Shown here piece after piece: positions 8,773-18,117 of a stretch of 64,000 nucleotides of DNA. The stretch's first letter is position 1; each line of letters starts with the position of its first letter. This DNA is from Actinomycetota bacterium (GTDB taxonomy: Bacteria; Actinomycetota; Thermoleophilia; Solirubrobacterales; 70-9), in NCBI GenBank assembly GCA_046733275.1, contig JBKPOW010000052.1, positions 486 to 64,485 on the forward strand, read 5' to 3'. Made by a program: the position numbers and the translations under genes. Under the pieces are notes generated by a model. The model did no database searches and had not been told where the DNA came from. It saw only the letters and a list, made by a program, of their open reading frames with translations.

Positions 8773-9414
8773 GTGGCGAGGATCTACGAGGCAACCGTCG
8801 CCCGCGCCTTCTCAGCTTGGTACGGGCGCATGATGCGGCGCATCGACGAGCGCGGGCTGCGCGATGTCCGCCGCGCACTCATCGCCGAGGCCCACGGACG
8901 GGTTCTGGACATAGGCACCGGGACTGGGTCGAACCTGCCCCTGTTTCCAGAGGCAGTCGACCTTGTCCTCTCCGAGCCCAGTCCCAACATGTTGAGGGCT
9001 TTGCGCCCCCGGTTGAGCGAGGAGGGTCGAACCGATGTCGATCTCGTTCAGGCGGGGGCCGAAGATCTGCCTTTTGACGACGCCAGCTTCGATTGCGTTA
9101 CCGCCACATTGGTGATGTGCACGATGCCCGACCCTCGTGCGGGTCTCGAGGAGATCGCGCGCGTACTAAAGCCAGGAGGCGCTTTTCTTTTCTTGGAGCA
9201 CGTCCGCTCGACAAATCATCGTGTCGCCCGAACTCAGGATCGCCTTGAGCGGCCCTGGCGCTTCCTCGCTGACGGTTGTCACTGCAACCGCGACAGCCTC
9301 GCGACGATCGAAGCGTCGCCCTTGACCCTGCAACGAGTCCAGCACGGCCGCATGCCCCTCGCACCCAAATTCATGGATCCCCTGATCTATGGAAGGGCCG
9401 ACCTTGTCTGTTAG
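8773..9414 (+). CDS. Class I SAM-dependent methyltransferase
   Basis: VLDIGTGTGSNL (motif I) and LKPGGAFLFLEHV. Confidence 0.85.
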   Translation: MARIYEATVARAFSAWYGRMMRRIDERGLRDVRRALIAEAHGRVLDIGTGTGSNLPLFPEAVDLVLSEPSPNMLRALRPRLSEEGRTDVDLVQAGAEDLPFDDASFDCVTATLVMCTMPDPRAGLEEIARVLKPGGAFLFLEHVRSTNHRVARTQDRLERPWRFLADGCHCNRDSLATIEASPLTLQRVQHGRMPLAPKFMDPLIYGRADLVC

Positions 9415-10807
9415 CGCCAGCCCCGCCAAGGTTCCCTCGGGGGCAGGTCCGATTGAGTCCAACCTTGCGGCCGCGCTCCCTGCCCCGCCGGTCGTGCCCC
9501 TGCCCGCCTGGGCGCAGATCCTGCGCTTCGACCAGCGCCAGATCGAGTTCGTCTTCCGGGCCAAGCGCGAGCTTGGCGATGTCTTCGCGATGCGACCCGG
9601 CCTTCCTGATGGTCAGGTGGTTACTGGCCTGCCGGATGACGCCCGGTCTCTGTTCACGGCCAAGCCCGAGGACGCGCCCTCAACTTCGGCTGAGTCGCCG
9701 CTGGTGCCGATCCTCGGCCCCGACTCGGTGCTCACTGCCCTCGGAGATCGCCACATGCGCCAGCGAAAGCTGCTCCTGCCGCCCTTTCACGGCGAAGCAA
9801 TCGAGCGCTATACGGAGGCGATCGCCGCGGCAGCCGAGCGCGAGATCGACAGATGGCCGCTGAACCGCCCCTTCGCTCTGGCCCCGCGGATGCAGGCGAT
9901 AACTCTCGACGTGATCATGGCGGGGATCTTTGGAATCCAGGGACGGCCTCCAGCGGGGAGTACGGAGGCGAGGCTCCGCGCGGCCACCAAGCGATTTTTG
10001 GCAATGAGCACCTGGCCTGCCTACCGGCCCTTCGAACTGCTGAACCTGGGACGCCAGGCCCCGGTCGGCTTCAACAAGCTCGCGGTCTGGGTCGGTGAGC
10101 GCACCATTTATCCCCTAATTGCCAAACGTCGCCGCGACGCCGATCTCACCGAGCGCCGCGACATCCTTTCGCTGCTCTTACTGGCGCGCAACGAGGGGGG
10201 CGAGCCGCTCAGCGATTCCGAAATCCACTCGCAGCTCGTAACTCTCATCCTCGCTGGCCACGAGACCACTGCCAACTCTCTTGCTTGGGCTTGGGAGCGA
10301 CTTGTCCGCAATCCGGCCGCCCACGAGCGCCTGCTTGACGCCGTCCGGACTGAAACCGAAGCGGCTGAGGTGATCGAGCAGACGATCACCGAGGCGATGC
10401 GCTCGCGGCCGGTGGTACCGCTCACCGGCCGGCGGGTGGAAAAACCTTGGCGGCTCGGCTCCTACGCGATTCCCGCCAGCACCCCCGTATTCATCAGCAT
10501 CCTCCTCATCCATCATCAGGAGAGCCTCTATCCCGACCCCTTCGAGTTTTGCCCCGAGCGCTGGATCGACCGCAAGCCGGGCACCTACGAGTGGCTTCCT
10601 TTCGGTGGCGCCATTCGCCGCTGCCTTGGGGCAGCACTCGCGATGGCCGAGCAGCGGGTGGTACTCGAGGCGATGGCTCGCCGACTCGATCTCGTCGCTG
10701 CCGATCCCACCCCCGAGCATGCCGTACACCGCAACGTAACGATGATCCCGGCGCGCGGCGCGCGGGTAATCCTCCGGTCGCGGCGCCCCGTCGCCACCGT
10801 CTTCTAG
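9389..10807 (+). CDS. Cytochrome P450
   Basis: AGHETTA (I-helix), EAMR (ExxR) and FGGAIRRCLG (Cys-heme loop). Confidence 0.9.
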   Translation: MEGPTLSVSASPAKVPSGAGPIESNLAAALPAPPVVPLPAWAQILRFDQRQIEFVFRAKRELGDVFAMRPGLPDGQVVTGLPDDARSLFTAKPEDAPSTSAESPLVPILGPDSVLTALGDRHMRQRKLLLPPFHGEAIERYTEAIAAAAEREIDRWPLNRPFALAPRMQAITLDVIMAGIFGIQGRPPAGSTEARLRAATKRFLAMSTWPAYRPFELLNLGRQAPVGFNKLAVWVGERTIYPLIAKRRRDADLTERRDILSLLLLARNEGGEPLSDSEIHSQLVTLILAGHETTANSLAWAWERLVRNPAAHERLLDAVRTETEAAEVIEQTITEAMRSRPVVPLTGRRVEKPWRLGSYAIPASTPVFISILLIHHQESLYPDPFEFCPERWIDRKPGTYEWLPFGGAIRRCLGAALAMAEQRVVLEAMARRLDLVAADPTPEHAVHRNVTMIPARGARVILRSRRPVATVF

Positions 10808-10854
10808 CTGGAGGTTCTCGATTGAACGGAGGCAAGCAAATAGCAGCCAAGACA

Positions 10855-12288
10855 ATGTGGCGGAATGACACCAAAGTTGGCAGGGCGCGATTTCCGCAGC
10901 CAGCACCAGCCGATCTCACCGGAATCCCGCCGGGTCCGCGGCTGCCGCGGCACCTGCTCGGCGCCTACTGGCTGCTGCGCGAGCACCGACTGCTTGATCG
11001 GTGCCGGCGACGCTACGGCGATGTCTTTTCGTTGAAGATGTGGCCGCTCGGCCTGCTGGTCGTCATCGCCGAGCCGGCAGAGATCAAGCGGATCTTTACC
11101 GGCGACCCCGAAACCGTGCAGGCGGGCGAGGGCAATGCGGTCACCGAGCCCGTCGCCGGCCCAGAGTCTGTCCTGTTGCTTGACGGCAAGCGCCACCTGC
11201 ACACCCGCAAGCTGATGCTGCCGTCCTTCCACGGCGAGCGCATCCGCGTCTACGGCGACCTGATCGGCGAGATCGCCGAAGCGGAGATCGACCGCTGGCC
11301 GCTGGGCACACCGTTCCCGATCCACCCCTCGATGCAGACGATCACTCTGCGGGTGATCCTGCGAGCCGTCTTCGGCATCGAGGACATCGAGCGCCGCGCC
11401 GAGCTGGAACGGCTGATCCCGAAGCTGATCTCATCGCCCGCCCTGCTTTGGCCTCCATTGGGATACGACCTCGGGCGCCACAGTCCCTGGGGGCGTTTCC
11501 TCGCCCTGCGCGAACAGGTGGACGCGATCCTTTTCGACGAGGTCGAGCGGCGCCGAGCCGATCCGGCCTTGGAGCATCGAGAGGACGTCCTCTCGATGCT
11601 CCTGCTCGCCCGCGACGAGGAGGGCGAGGGGATGAGCGACAGCGAGTTGCGCGACCAGCTCGTCACTCTGCTGCTGGCGGGCCACGAGACGACGGCGACG
11701 GCGCTCGCCTGGGCTTTCGAGCGTCTGCTGCGAAATCCCGCCGCGCTCGGTCGGCTACGTGCCACCCTCGCCGAAGGGGATGAGTCTTATCTGGACTGTG
11801 TGGTCAAGGAGACCCTGCGCTCCCGTCCGATCATCCCTTACGCGATGCGCCGCCTCACGGCGCCAATGGAGATCGCCGGCCACACGGTCCCTGTCGGTGC
11901 CTTCATTGGCTGTTCGACGATCCTCACCCACAGTGACCCTGCTCTCTACCCCGATCCTGATGCCTTCCGTCCCGACCGCTTCGAGGACGGTGGCGCCGAC
12001 ACCTACACCTGGATTCCTTTCGGCGGCGGCGTGCGTCGCTGCCTCGGCGCCTCGTTCGCCACCTTTGAGATGAAGGTGATCCTGCGGCGGGTCCTGAGTC
12101 GCTGCGACCTTAGCGTGCCCGACACGAGGCCCGAGAGCCCGGTGCGGCGCTTCGTCACCTATCCGCCGAGCCGTGGCGCGCGCGTCGTTCTTCACGAGCG
12201 TCGACCGCGATCTTCGAGTGACCCTGGGGACCTTGTTGTCGCAAGTGCGCAAATGCGAAGTGACGAAGGGGAGGAGAGTCGAAAGTGA
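10855..12288 (+). CDS. Cytochrome P450 (second, in tandem)
   Basis: AGHETTA, ETLR and FGGGVRRCLG. The ATG at 10855 is internal to track ORF 10447..12288. Confidence 0.9.
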   Translation: MWRNDTKVGRARFPQPAPADLTGIPPGPRLPRHLLGAYWLLREHRLLDRCRRRYGDVFSLKMWPLGLLVVIAEPAEIKRIFTGDPETVQAGEGNAVTEPVAGPESVLLLDGKRHLHTRKLMLPSFHGERIRVYGDLIGEIAEAEIDRWPLGTPFPIHPSMQTITLRVILRAVFGIEDIERRAELERLIPKLISSPALLWPPLGYDLGRHSPWGRFLALREQVDAILFDEVERRRADPALEHREDVLSMLLLARDEEGEGMSDSELRDQLVTLLLAGHETTATALAWAFERLLRNPAALGRLRATLAEGDESYLDCVVKETLRSRPIIPYAMRRLTAPMEIAGHTVPVGAFIGCSTILTHSDPALYPDPDAFRPDRFEDGGADTYTWIPFGGGVRRCLGASFATFEMKVILRRVLSRCDLSVPDTRPESPVRRFVTYPPSRGARVVLHERRPRSSSDPGDLVVASAQMRSDEGEESRK

Positions 12289-12734
12289 GCGTTCAGCAGG
12301 CTTCATCGTCTCGATCGACCGGCACGGGCGGGCAGCGTCCCGGAGTAACGGCACTGCGCGCGATCATCGCCTTCAACGTGTTGTCGACCTCGGTGCATTA
12401 CACCCACAACTTCGTGATGGCGGGCATGTACCCGCCGGTGCCTGTGGTCTTTCCCACCGCGCTCTCCTACCAGATTGGAATTGCGATCTTCTGGCCGCTG
12501 TTGACCGCCCTCGGCCTATGGGGATACAGGCTCTACAAGGAAGGGAATACACGGCGCTCGCGGCCCTTGCTTGTGGCCTACGCAATGCTCGGCTTCACGA
12601 CGCTCGGGCATTTCCTGGGCGGCAATCCCGATATCCCGCCGTTCTTCTACGTCACGCTGTTCACCGACTTTCTCGCCGGCTCAGCGTTGCTCGCCTTCGT
12701 GGCCTGGACCCTCCGACCTCAGAAACGGCCGTGA
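12285..12734 (+). CDS. Integral membrane protein, unknown function
   Basis: The GTGA overlaps the P450 stop. There are four hydrophobic helices. Confidence 0.6.
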   Translation: MSVQQASSSRSTGTGGQRPGVTALRAIIAFNVLSTSVHYTHNFVMAGMYPPVPVVFPTALSYQIGIAIFWPLLTALGLWGYRLYKEGNTRRSRPLLVAYAMLGFTTLGHFLGGNPDIPPFFYVTLFTDFLAGSALLAFVAWTLRPQKRP

Positions 12735-13138
12735 TGCGAATCGACCGCAATCTCAGGGTGAGGACGACATGGCAGGCCGGCCCCGCGGCCGCTTCGCCCG
12801 GCCCGTTCTTCATCAGCTACACCGAGTTCACCCCACACCACGCCGCCGATGTCGTCGGGATCTACCTCGCCGCTCGGCGCCTAATGGCGGAATGCGCTGC
12901 GCTCGAAGGCGCGGTCGGCCTGACGACCTACTGGCGGCTTCGCCAATGGAAAGGCGGGTCGCTCTCGGTTTGGGAAAGCCCAGAGGCACTCCGTAGCTTC
13001 GTCGGGCTCCCCTTTCACATCGAGATCATGCGCAAGTACCGTGAACGCGGACGCGTGCGCTCGACCGAGTGGTGGTCGCAGTCCTTGGACCTGGCTCAGG
13101 GGCTTGCCGACGGTCAACGTGCCGTTGCCGGGTCCTGA
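12734..13138 (+). CDS. DUF3291/ABM-like small protein
   Basis: SLSVWESPEALRSFVGLPFHIEIM pattern. TGATG overlap with the previous gene. Confidence 0.5.
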   Translation: MRIDRNLRVRTTWQAGPAAASPGPFFISYTEFTPHHAADVVGIYLAARRLMAECAALEGAVGLTTYWRLRQWKGGSLSVWESPEALRSFVGLPFHIEIMRKYRERGRVRSTEWWSQSLDLAQGLADGQRAVAGS

Positions 13139-13378
13139 ACCTCGGCGTCAGCTCGCGGCCGGACGCCGCTGTCTCGCCCGAGTCGCAATGGCTCCTATCA
13201 ACGCGAAGGCCAAGCCAATGGCCATGAAGACCGATGATCGACGCCGGATGATTTACCGGCGCATTGGGCCAAACTCGACGACCGTCCATTTTCCTGTGCT
13301 GGCGTTCCTGGCAGGATCGGCTCGTGCACCCGCTGGAACCCGTCGAGTTGTACAGCACCCGACCGTATTGGCCGCGCC

Positions 13379-13801
13379 ATGTGGCGCTGCGAGTACGCGA
13401 CCTGGCAGCGCTACACCGATGTCGCCCTGCCGATGATGGTCGGCGGGTTGGAGGCGCTGCTCGGCCTCGGCCGCAGCGACACGTCGCGGCGCTTCAAGAA
13501 CCGCCTCGCAGCGATGGCGAGCGAGCTTGGCATCGACGGGGTCGACGGCGACCTGCTCGACCGCATGTACGAGGGTCGGTCGGCGTGGGTCCACGGCTCC
13601 CCGGTGCGCCTCTTCGACCCGGCCGCCGATCCCGAGCGCGAACCCGACGCCCAGCCCGACGCGGCGATGGAGGCGGTCCTCGCCGAAATCGTGAGGCTGC
13701 AAGACACCCTCCGGGCAGCTCTGCGTATGGCGATCGAGGCCCCCGAGTTCCGGGCCGTCTTCGCGAGCGAGGCGTCGATCGCCGAGCGGTGGGGCGGGTA
13801 G
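13379..13801 (+). CDS. Hypothetical protein with possible HEPN-like Rx4H motif; possibly N-terminally truncated
   Basis: YEGRSAWVHGS. No upstream ribosome-binding site, and the frame is open upstream of the start without another start codon. Confidence 0.35.
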   Translation: MWRCEYATWQRYTDVALPMMVGGLEALLGLGRSDTSRRFKNRLAAMASELGIDGVDGDLLDRMYEGRSAWVHGSPVRLFDPAADPEREPDAQPDAAMEAVLAEIVRLQDTLRAALRMAIEAPEFRAVFASEASIAERWGG

Positions 13802-13816
13802 GCGTGCGTGGCTGGT

Positions 13817-13890
13817 GTAATCACCGCCACCTCGGATTTCGGGCACTCGTCCGCGCGAGTGCCCGAATCGCTGCATATCCACGCACCGGG
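13817..13890 (+). repeat. Repeat family copy L1 (hairpin GGGCACTCG-n6-CGAGTGCCC followed by GAATCGCTGCATATC)
   Basis: Hairpin at 13841-13864. Aligns with 19896-19980 and 23545-23630. Confidence 0.6.
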
Positions 13891-13912
13891 CCGAGCTTCG
13901 ATGCCTCCTGAT

Positions 13913-15350
13913 CTAGCTGCCGTTTGGCGGGGTTGCGGAGAATTGACCGTGGAAGCCAAAGGGGATGTGGTGGGGCGCGCGGGCGCGTGCCAACTCGGTG
14001 AGGTCGCTCACGTTCAGGACGAGGAGGAAAGAGTCGCCCGCCTCAGCGTCGAGGACGACCGAGAGTAGAACGCCATCGTCCTCGGCCTCCCCGTCGGGGT
14101 TGGCGACGAAAACCGGCTCGCCAGGGAAGCGGCCGGCTTCAGACCAGAACGTCGGTTCGCCGCTGGATATCTCAACCTTGACCATGTGATCGAAGTAGCC
14201 TGTCTCACCAATCCCGAGTCCCCATACATGCTCGTAGGGGCGGGTGTTCGAGCGCTCGTAGTTGATCCGCGTTAGTTCGATGTTCGTCTGGGAGAGAGGT
14301 TCGCTTGAAACCGAGCAATCGGTGAGGTTGAGCCGGTAGCGGCGAAGCTGAGCTTTCGAGACCGGCTTGCCGTTGCGCAGGCGGTCGAGATAGAAGTCCT
14401 CGATCAGCTGGGGATTGTCGAAGGCGCAAAGGTCGACCACCACCTCGTCGTCACGCTCGAACGCATTGACGTGATGGAAAGAAAAGCAGGCCTCGGTCTT
14501 GAAGCTGCGGCGCAACTCGCCGCTCTCGCGGTCCACTAGGAAGAAGCGTGTCCCGCGCTCGGGACGCCAGCGGAAGTTCTCTATGAAAGGGCGCCCGGCG
14601 AGGATCGCACAGTTGGGGTTGACCACGAACGGAAACGCAGCCAGGATCAACCAGCGCTCGGTCATCCCGAAGGAGTGGACGTAGGAGGGCTGAGCGACCG
14701 CCCAGGAGTTGATTACCTTCGTCTCCAGGGTTGCCGGGTCGACCGAGAAGAAGCGATAGCTGCTGAGCGGACCGAGGCGGACCGCGTAGTTCAGCATCTC
14801 GCCCTGTTCTCCTCCCTTGCTCTCGGAGGTGTCGAAGTGCGGGTGGGCGGTGCACAAGTGCCCCGGTGCGGTCAGTGGGGCCCTCGCCGCGGCGAGTGTC
14901 TCACGGTCGAATTCGATTGGGATCGGGGTCTCGGTCATCGCGATCATCCGCTCGCCGAGCTCGGCGACGTTGATGTTGGCGTTGTCCGGTATCGCCTCGG
15001 GCGAAAAGAGCGACTGGACGCGCGAGAAGAGGACCCGACATCGCGAACTCCGAATAAGCGATCTTGCCCTGGCGGCGGGCCTCGGCGTAGTTGCGGCTCT
15101 GGATGTAGCGGTTGGCGTAGGAGACGCGGCCCTCGGCAAAGGAGAAGCGGTGCAGCATCCCGTAGCCGTCGAACCAGTGACGCATCCTCTGCTCTCCGAC
15201 CTCGAACTTGGCGGGACCGTTGCGAATCAGCGATCCGGATAGCCAGGCGGGCAGATTCCCCTCCAGCGGCAGCTCGCCGACCTGGACCTCGTCGTCCAAC
15301 GTTTCGAAGCCCTTGGAGGGGCTGGTGATCTTCGTCTCAATCGGTGGCAT
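13913..15350 (-). pseudogene. Carotenoid (apocarotenoid) cleavage oxygenase, RPE65 family, with a frameshift near 15040
   Basis: The N-terminal part is in track ORF 14901..15350 (..HWFDGYGMLHRF..YSEFA). The remainder is in ORF 13913..15139 (RVLFSRVQSLFSP..DNANINV..). A one-nt frame change lies between them. Confidence 0.8.
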
Positions 15351-15382
15351 CGTTTCAGTTCCTCTCGTGATCTCGGCAGGGC

Positions 15383-15922
15383 TCAGCTCGCGGATCGGCG
15401 GCGCAGGTATGCCGCCTGAAGGCGCTGCATTGGCAGCATCAGGCGTTCAGTGCGGCTGTCCTGAGCCGGCAAGGACCCGATCTGGCGACCCATTTCAAAA
15501 AGGTCGATGTGGGTGTGGATCGCACAGGCCAACTCACCCTGAAACGAATAGTCATCGACGGCATCAACGCTGATCGAGCGCCCGGTCGCGGCCAGGCTCA
15601 TGTGGTCGAACGGGCCCAGCATCGTTCCTGAAAGCCGGTAGGCGACGAAGATCCGGGGTTCGCTCATCACGAAACCGGGCTGCTCTTGGATGTCGACCCG
15701 CAGGTCCGGAAAGGCGCGCAGCAAGTCCTCGGCGAAATCACGGAAGCTCTCGCGACCGTATTCGGGCGCTCGCAAAGCCGAGTCCTTGTGCAGGACGTTC
15801 TCCGTGCACATCGACGCGATCGCGTTTGCGTCATGTTCGTTCCATGCCTCCGTAAAAACCCGGATCCACTCCCGGGCAAATCCCTCCTCCAGGGCCCCGC
15901 TCGCCTGCGATGTCGTCGTCAT
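15383..15922 (-). CDS. SnoaL-like/NTF2-fold protein
   Basis: FTEAWNEHDANAIASMCTENVLHKD. The ATG follows GGAGGAGG. Alternative upstream ATGs at 15976 and 16000 lie inside the inverted repeat. Confidence 0.7.
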   Translation of the reverse strand: MTTTSQASGALEEGFAREWIRVFTEAWNEHDANAIASMCTENVLHKDSALRAPEYGRESFRDFAEDLLRAFPDLRVDIQEQPGFVMSEPRIFVAYRLSGTMLGPFDHMSLAATGRSISVDAVDDYSFQGELACAIHTHIDLFEMGRQIGSLPAQDSRTERLMLPMQRLQAAYLRRRSAS

Positions 15923-15960
15923 TGGCCCTCCTCCGCTGGTCTGGTCGGCCTTGATCAACT

Positions 15961-16168
15961 TGGCCACCTGAAGCATGAGGACGGCAGGCCGTTCGCGCAA
16001 TGAGGGATCACCCTTATGGCATGGCTACATGCCGTCACGGCGGAGTTGCGCCATCGCGGCGTGCGATTCATCCCTGAGCCTTCGCACGGTTCAGGACGCC
16101 ATAGGGTGATCCCTCATTGCGCGAACGGCTCCGTCAGCAGACACTGTCCTCATGCTTGAGGTGGCCCG
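15961..16168. repeat. Large inverted duplication covering a divergent intergenic region and both gene starts
   Basis: The left arm 15961-16020 pairs with the reverse complement of 16098-16168. A roughly 32-nt core is near-perfect (GCCGTTCGCGCAATGAGGGATCACCC(T)TATGGC). The outer part (GTCCTCATGCTT[C/G]AGGTGGCC) follows after an indel. Confidence 0.85.
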
Positions 16169-16796
16169 AGATGCGAGCCCAACGCCAGCGCGGAAAGCAC
16201 TTCCGGCAGCGGCCTTCTTGTTCGCCGACATCGCCTGCTTCACCTCCTTTACGGAGGTGCACGGGGACGCCCGCGCAGCCGAGCTGGCCTGGCGTATGCG
16301 GCTAGGCGTCGAGGGGCAGTTGGGTCATGATGCTCACGTCGTCAAGACGCTTGGGGACGCTGTCATGGTCAGGGTCGCCGATCCGGCTGAGGCCACCGCG
16401 GCTGGCCTCCGGATAGTTTCGCGGGCGTTGCCCGCAGCGGGTGACCCGCCGATTCGGGTGGGCATCCACTGTGGTGCGGCGATCGAGACAGATGGCGACT
16501 TCATTGGAGCGGCTGTCAATCTAGCCGCTCGTGTTGCCGCGCAGGCGGCGCCAGGCGAGGTCCTGACCACGGCGGACGTGGCAATCGCGGCTCGCGAACG
16601 CGGCATGCGGCTGGACGAGTTGGGCGAGCACAGACTCCGAAACGTGGCCAGGCCGGTGCTCCTCTACGCGGCGCGAGGCGGGCTGGAAACCAGCGAGTGC
16701 CGTCGGGGGTCGGCGTCCGATTACACGTCGCGACGCATGCGTCTGGAGCCAATGGCCCTTGGGGAGGGAAAGGAGGCGGTGGATGTCGGGGCCTGA
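16152..16796 (+). CDS. Class III adenylate/guanylate cyclase domain protein
   Basis: FLFADIACFTSFTE, KTLGDAVMV, IRVGIHCGAA and GAAVNLAARV. Confidence 0.85.
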   Translation: MLEVARDASPTPARKALPAAAFLFADIACFTSFTEVHGDARAAELAWRMRLGVEGQLGHDAHVVKTLGDAVMVRVADPAEATAAGLRIVSRALPAAGDPPIRVGIHCGAAIETDGDFIGAAVNLAARVAAQAAPGEVLTTADVAIAARERGMRLDELGEHRLRNVARPVLLYAARGGLETSECRRGSASDYTSRRMRLEPMALGEGKEAVDVGA

Positions 16797-17928
16797 GGGC
16801 AAGCACGGCCGCTCTTCGCGTCGCCGCCTCGTCCGATCTCGCCGAGGGCGCCTTATCGGCGGCGTCTGCAGCGGCCTGGGAGATCACTTCGGTGTCGACC
16901 CGATCCTCCTTCGCATCGCGTTTGTGGCGCTTGCGATCTTCTCGGGGGCGGGACTCGCGCTCTACCTGGCGTTCCTCCTGCTGGTGCCCGAAGAGGGGGT
17001 CAGCCATCCGCCCATTCGCTTGCGCCGCTCGTCATGGGTGAGCATCCTCGGCGTAGCGGCGATTCTCGCGGCGGCGGGGGTGGCCCTGGACTCTGCGGCT
17101 CACGGGACGCTGGGAACAGCCTGGGGCGTTTGCGCCGGTCTGGGGTCGATCGCGCTGGTCGGGGTCGTTGCGGTTGTGGTTTGGCGGCGATCGCGCCCGC
17201 GGCGTGGGGAGCAGAGCCGGCCAAGCGCCGATCGCCGACTGGTGAGCTGTCTCGCTCTCATGACGGCCGTCGCAGCGGCGGTCGCCCTGGCGGTAGCGGC
17301 AGGGGTGTGGCTTGCCGGCACCGATGGGCTGCTCGCGGGCTGGGCCGTGGTCGCGATCGGTGCGGCGCTGGCCGTCACGGCGTTCGCCGGGGGGGCCCGG
17401 TGGCTGGCACTGCCGGCCGTCGCCTTTGTCATCGCGGTGGCTGTCACGGCAGCGGCCGGCGTCGACCTCCATGGTGGCGTCGGCGATCGCGCCTACCGTC
17501 CGACCACGCTGAGAGAGGTGCACGATGGGTACCAGCTCGGCGCCGGGAGGCTCGAGATCGACCTGCGTGAGGTCAAGTTTCCGGCCGGATACACGCATCT
17601 ACGGGTCCGTTTGGGCGTGGGAGAAGTCGTCGTCCTCGTGCCAAAGGACGTCTGTGTGGCGACCCGAGCGCGAGTTGGCGGGGGTTACGCGGGAGCGCTC
17701 GACCGCCAGGCTTGGGGGCTCGATGTCGACTGGGTGAGTCGACCCCCCTCGCCGCAGTCGGTGCCTCACCTGGCGCTGGACGCCCATCTCGGGCTCGGGG
17801 CTCTATACGTGGTGGATCGCCCCCTCGGTCAGCGCTGGGGCTGGGGATCCGAAGGCGGCAGCGGCTTTGAGCCCGGCGCCTACGGCACCAACGAAGCCTG
17901 CTACACCGAACGGGTGAGCAGCCGATGA
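16783..17928 (+). CDS. PspC-domain membrane protein
   Basis: LVRSRRGRLIGGVCSGLGDHFGVDPILLRIAFV. The ATG follows GGAAAGGAGG. It overlaps the cyclase 3' end by 14 nt. Confidence 0.8.
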   Translation: MSGPEGKHGRSSRRRLVRSRRGRLIGGVCSGLGDHFGVDPILLRIAFVALAIFSGAGLALYLAFLLLVPEEGVSHPPIRLRRSSWVSILGVAAILAAAGVALDSAAHGTLGTAWGVCAGLGSIALVGVVAVVVWRRSRPRRGEQSRPSADRRLVSCLALMTAVAAAVALAVAAGVWLAGTDGLLAGWAVVAIGAALAVTAFAGGARWLALPAVAFVIAVAVTAAAGVDLHGGVGDRAYRPTTLREVHDGYQLGAGRLEIDLREVKFPAGYTHLRVRLGVGEVVVLVPKDVCVATRARVGGGYAGALDRQAWGLDVDWVSRPPSPQSVPHLALDAHLGLGALYVVDRPLGQRWGWGSEGGSGFEPGAYGTNEACYTERVSSR

Positions 17929-18116
17929 GCCGATCGCCGAATGTCACCTCGCTGGTGGCTGGTCTCCTCGTCATTGCACTGGGAGCGCTCGTCGTGATGA
18001 ATGCTGACGGCAGCCTCGATCTCGGCTTTGCCTACATGGGGCCTGCCCTCGTTGCCGCGCTGGGGGTTGTCCTCCTCGCCAGCGGCCTTGCGGCGCGGGG
18101 GCGTCGCCCAAACTGA
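17925..18116 (+). CDS. Small two-helix membrane protein
   Basis: ATGA overlap with the PspC gene. Hydrophobic composition. Confidence 0.5.
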   Translation: MSRSPNVTSLVAGLLVIALGALVVMNADGSLDLGFAYMGPALVAALGVVLLASGLAARGRRPN

Positions 18117-18117
18117 G

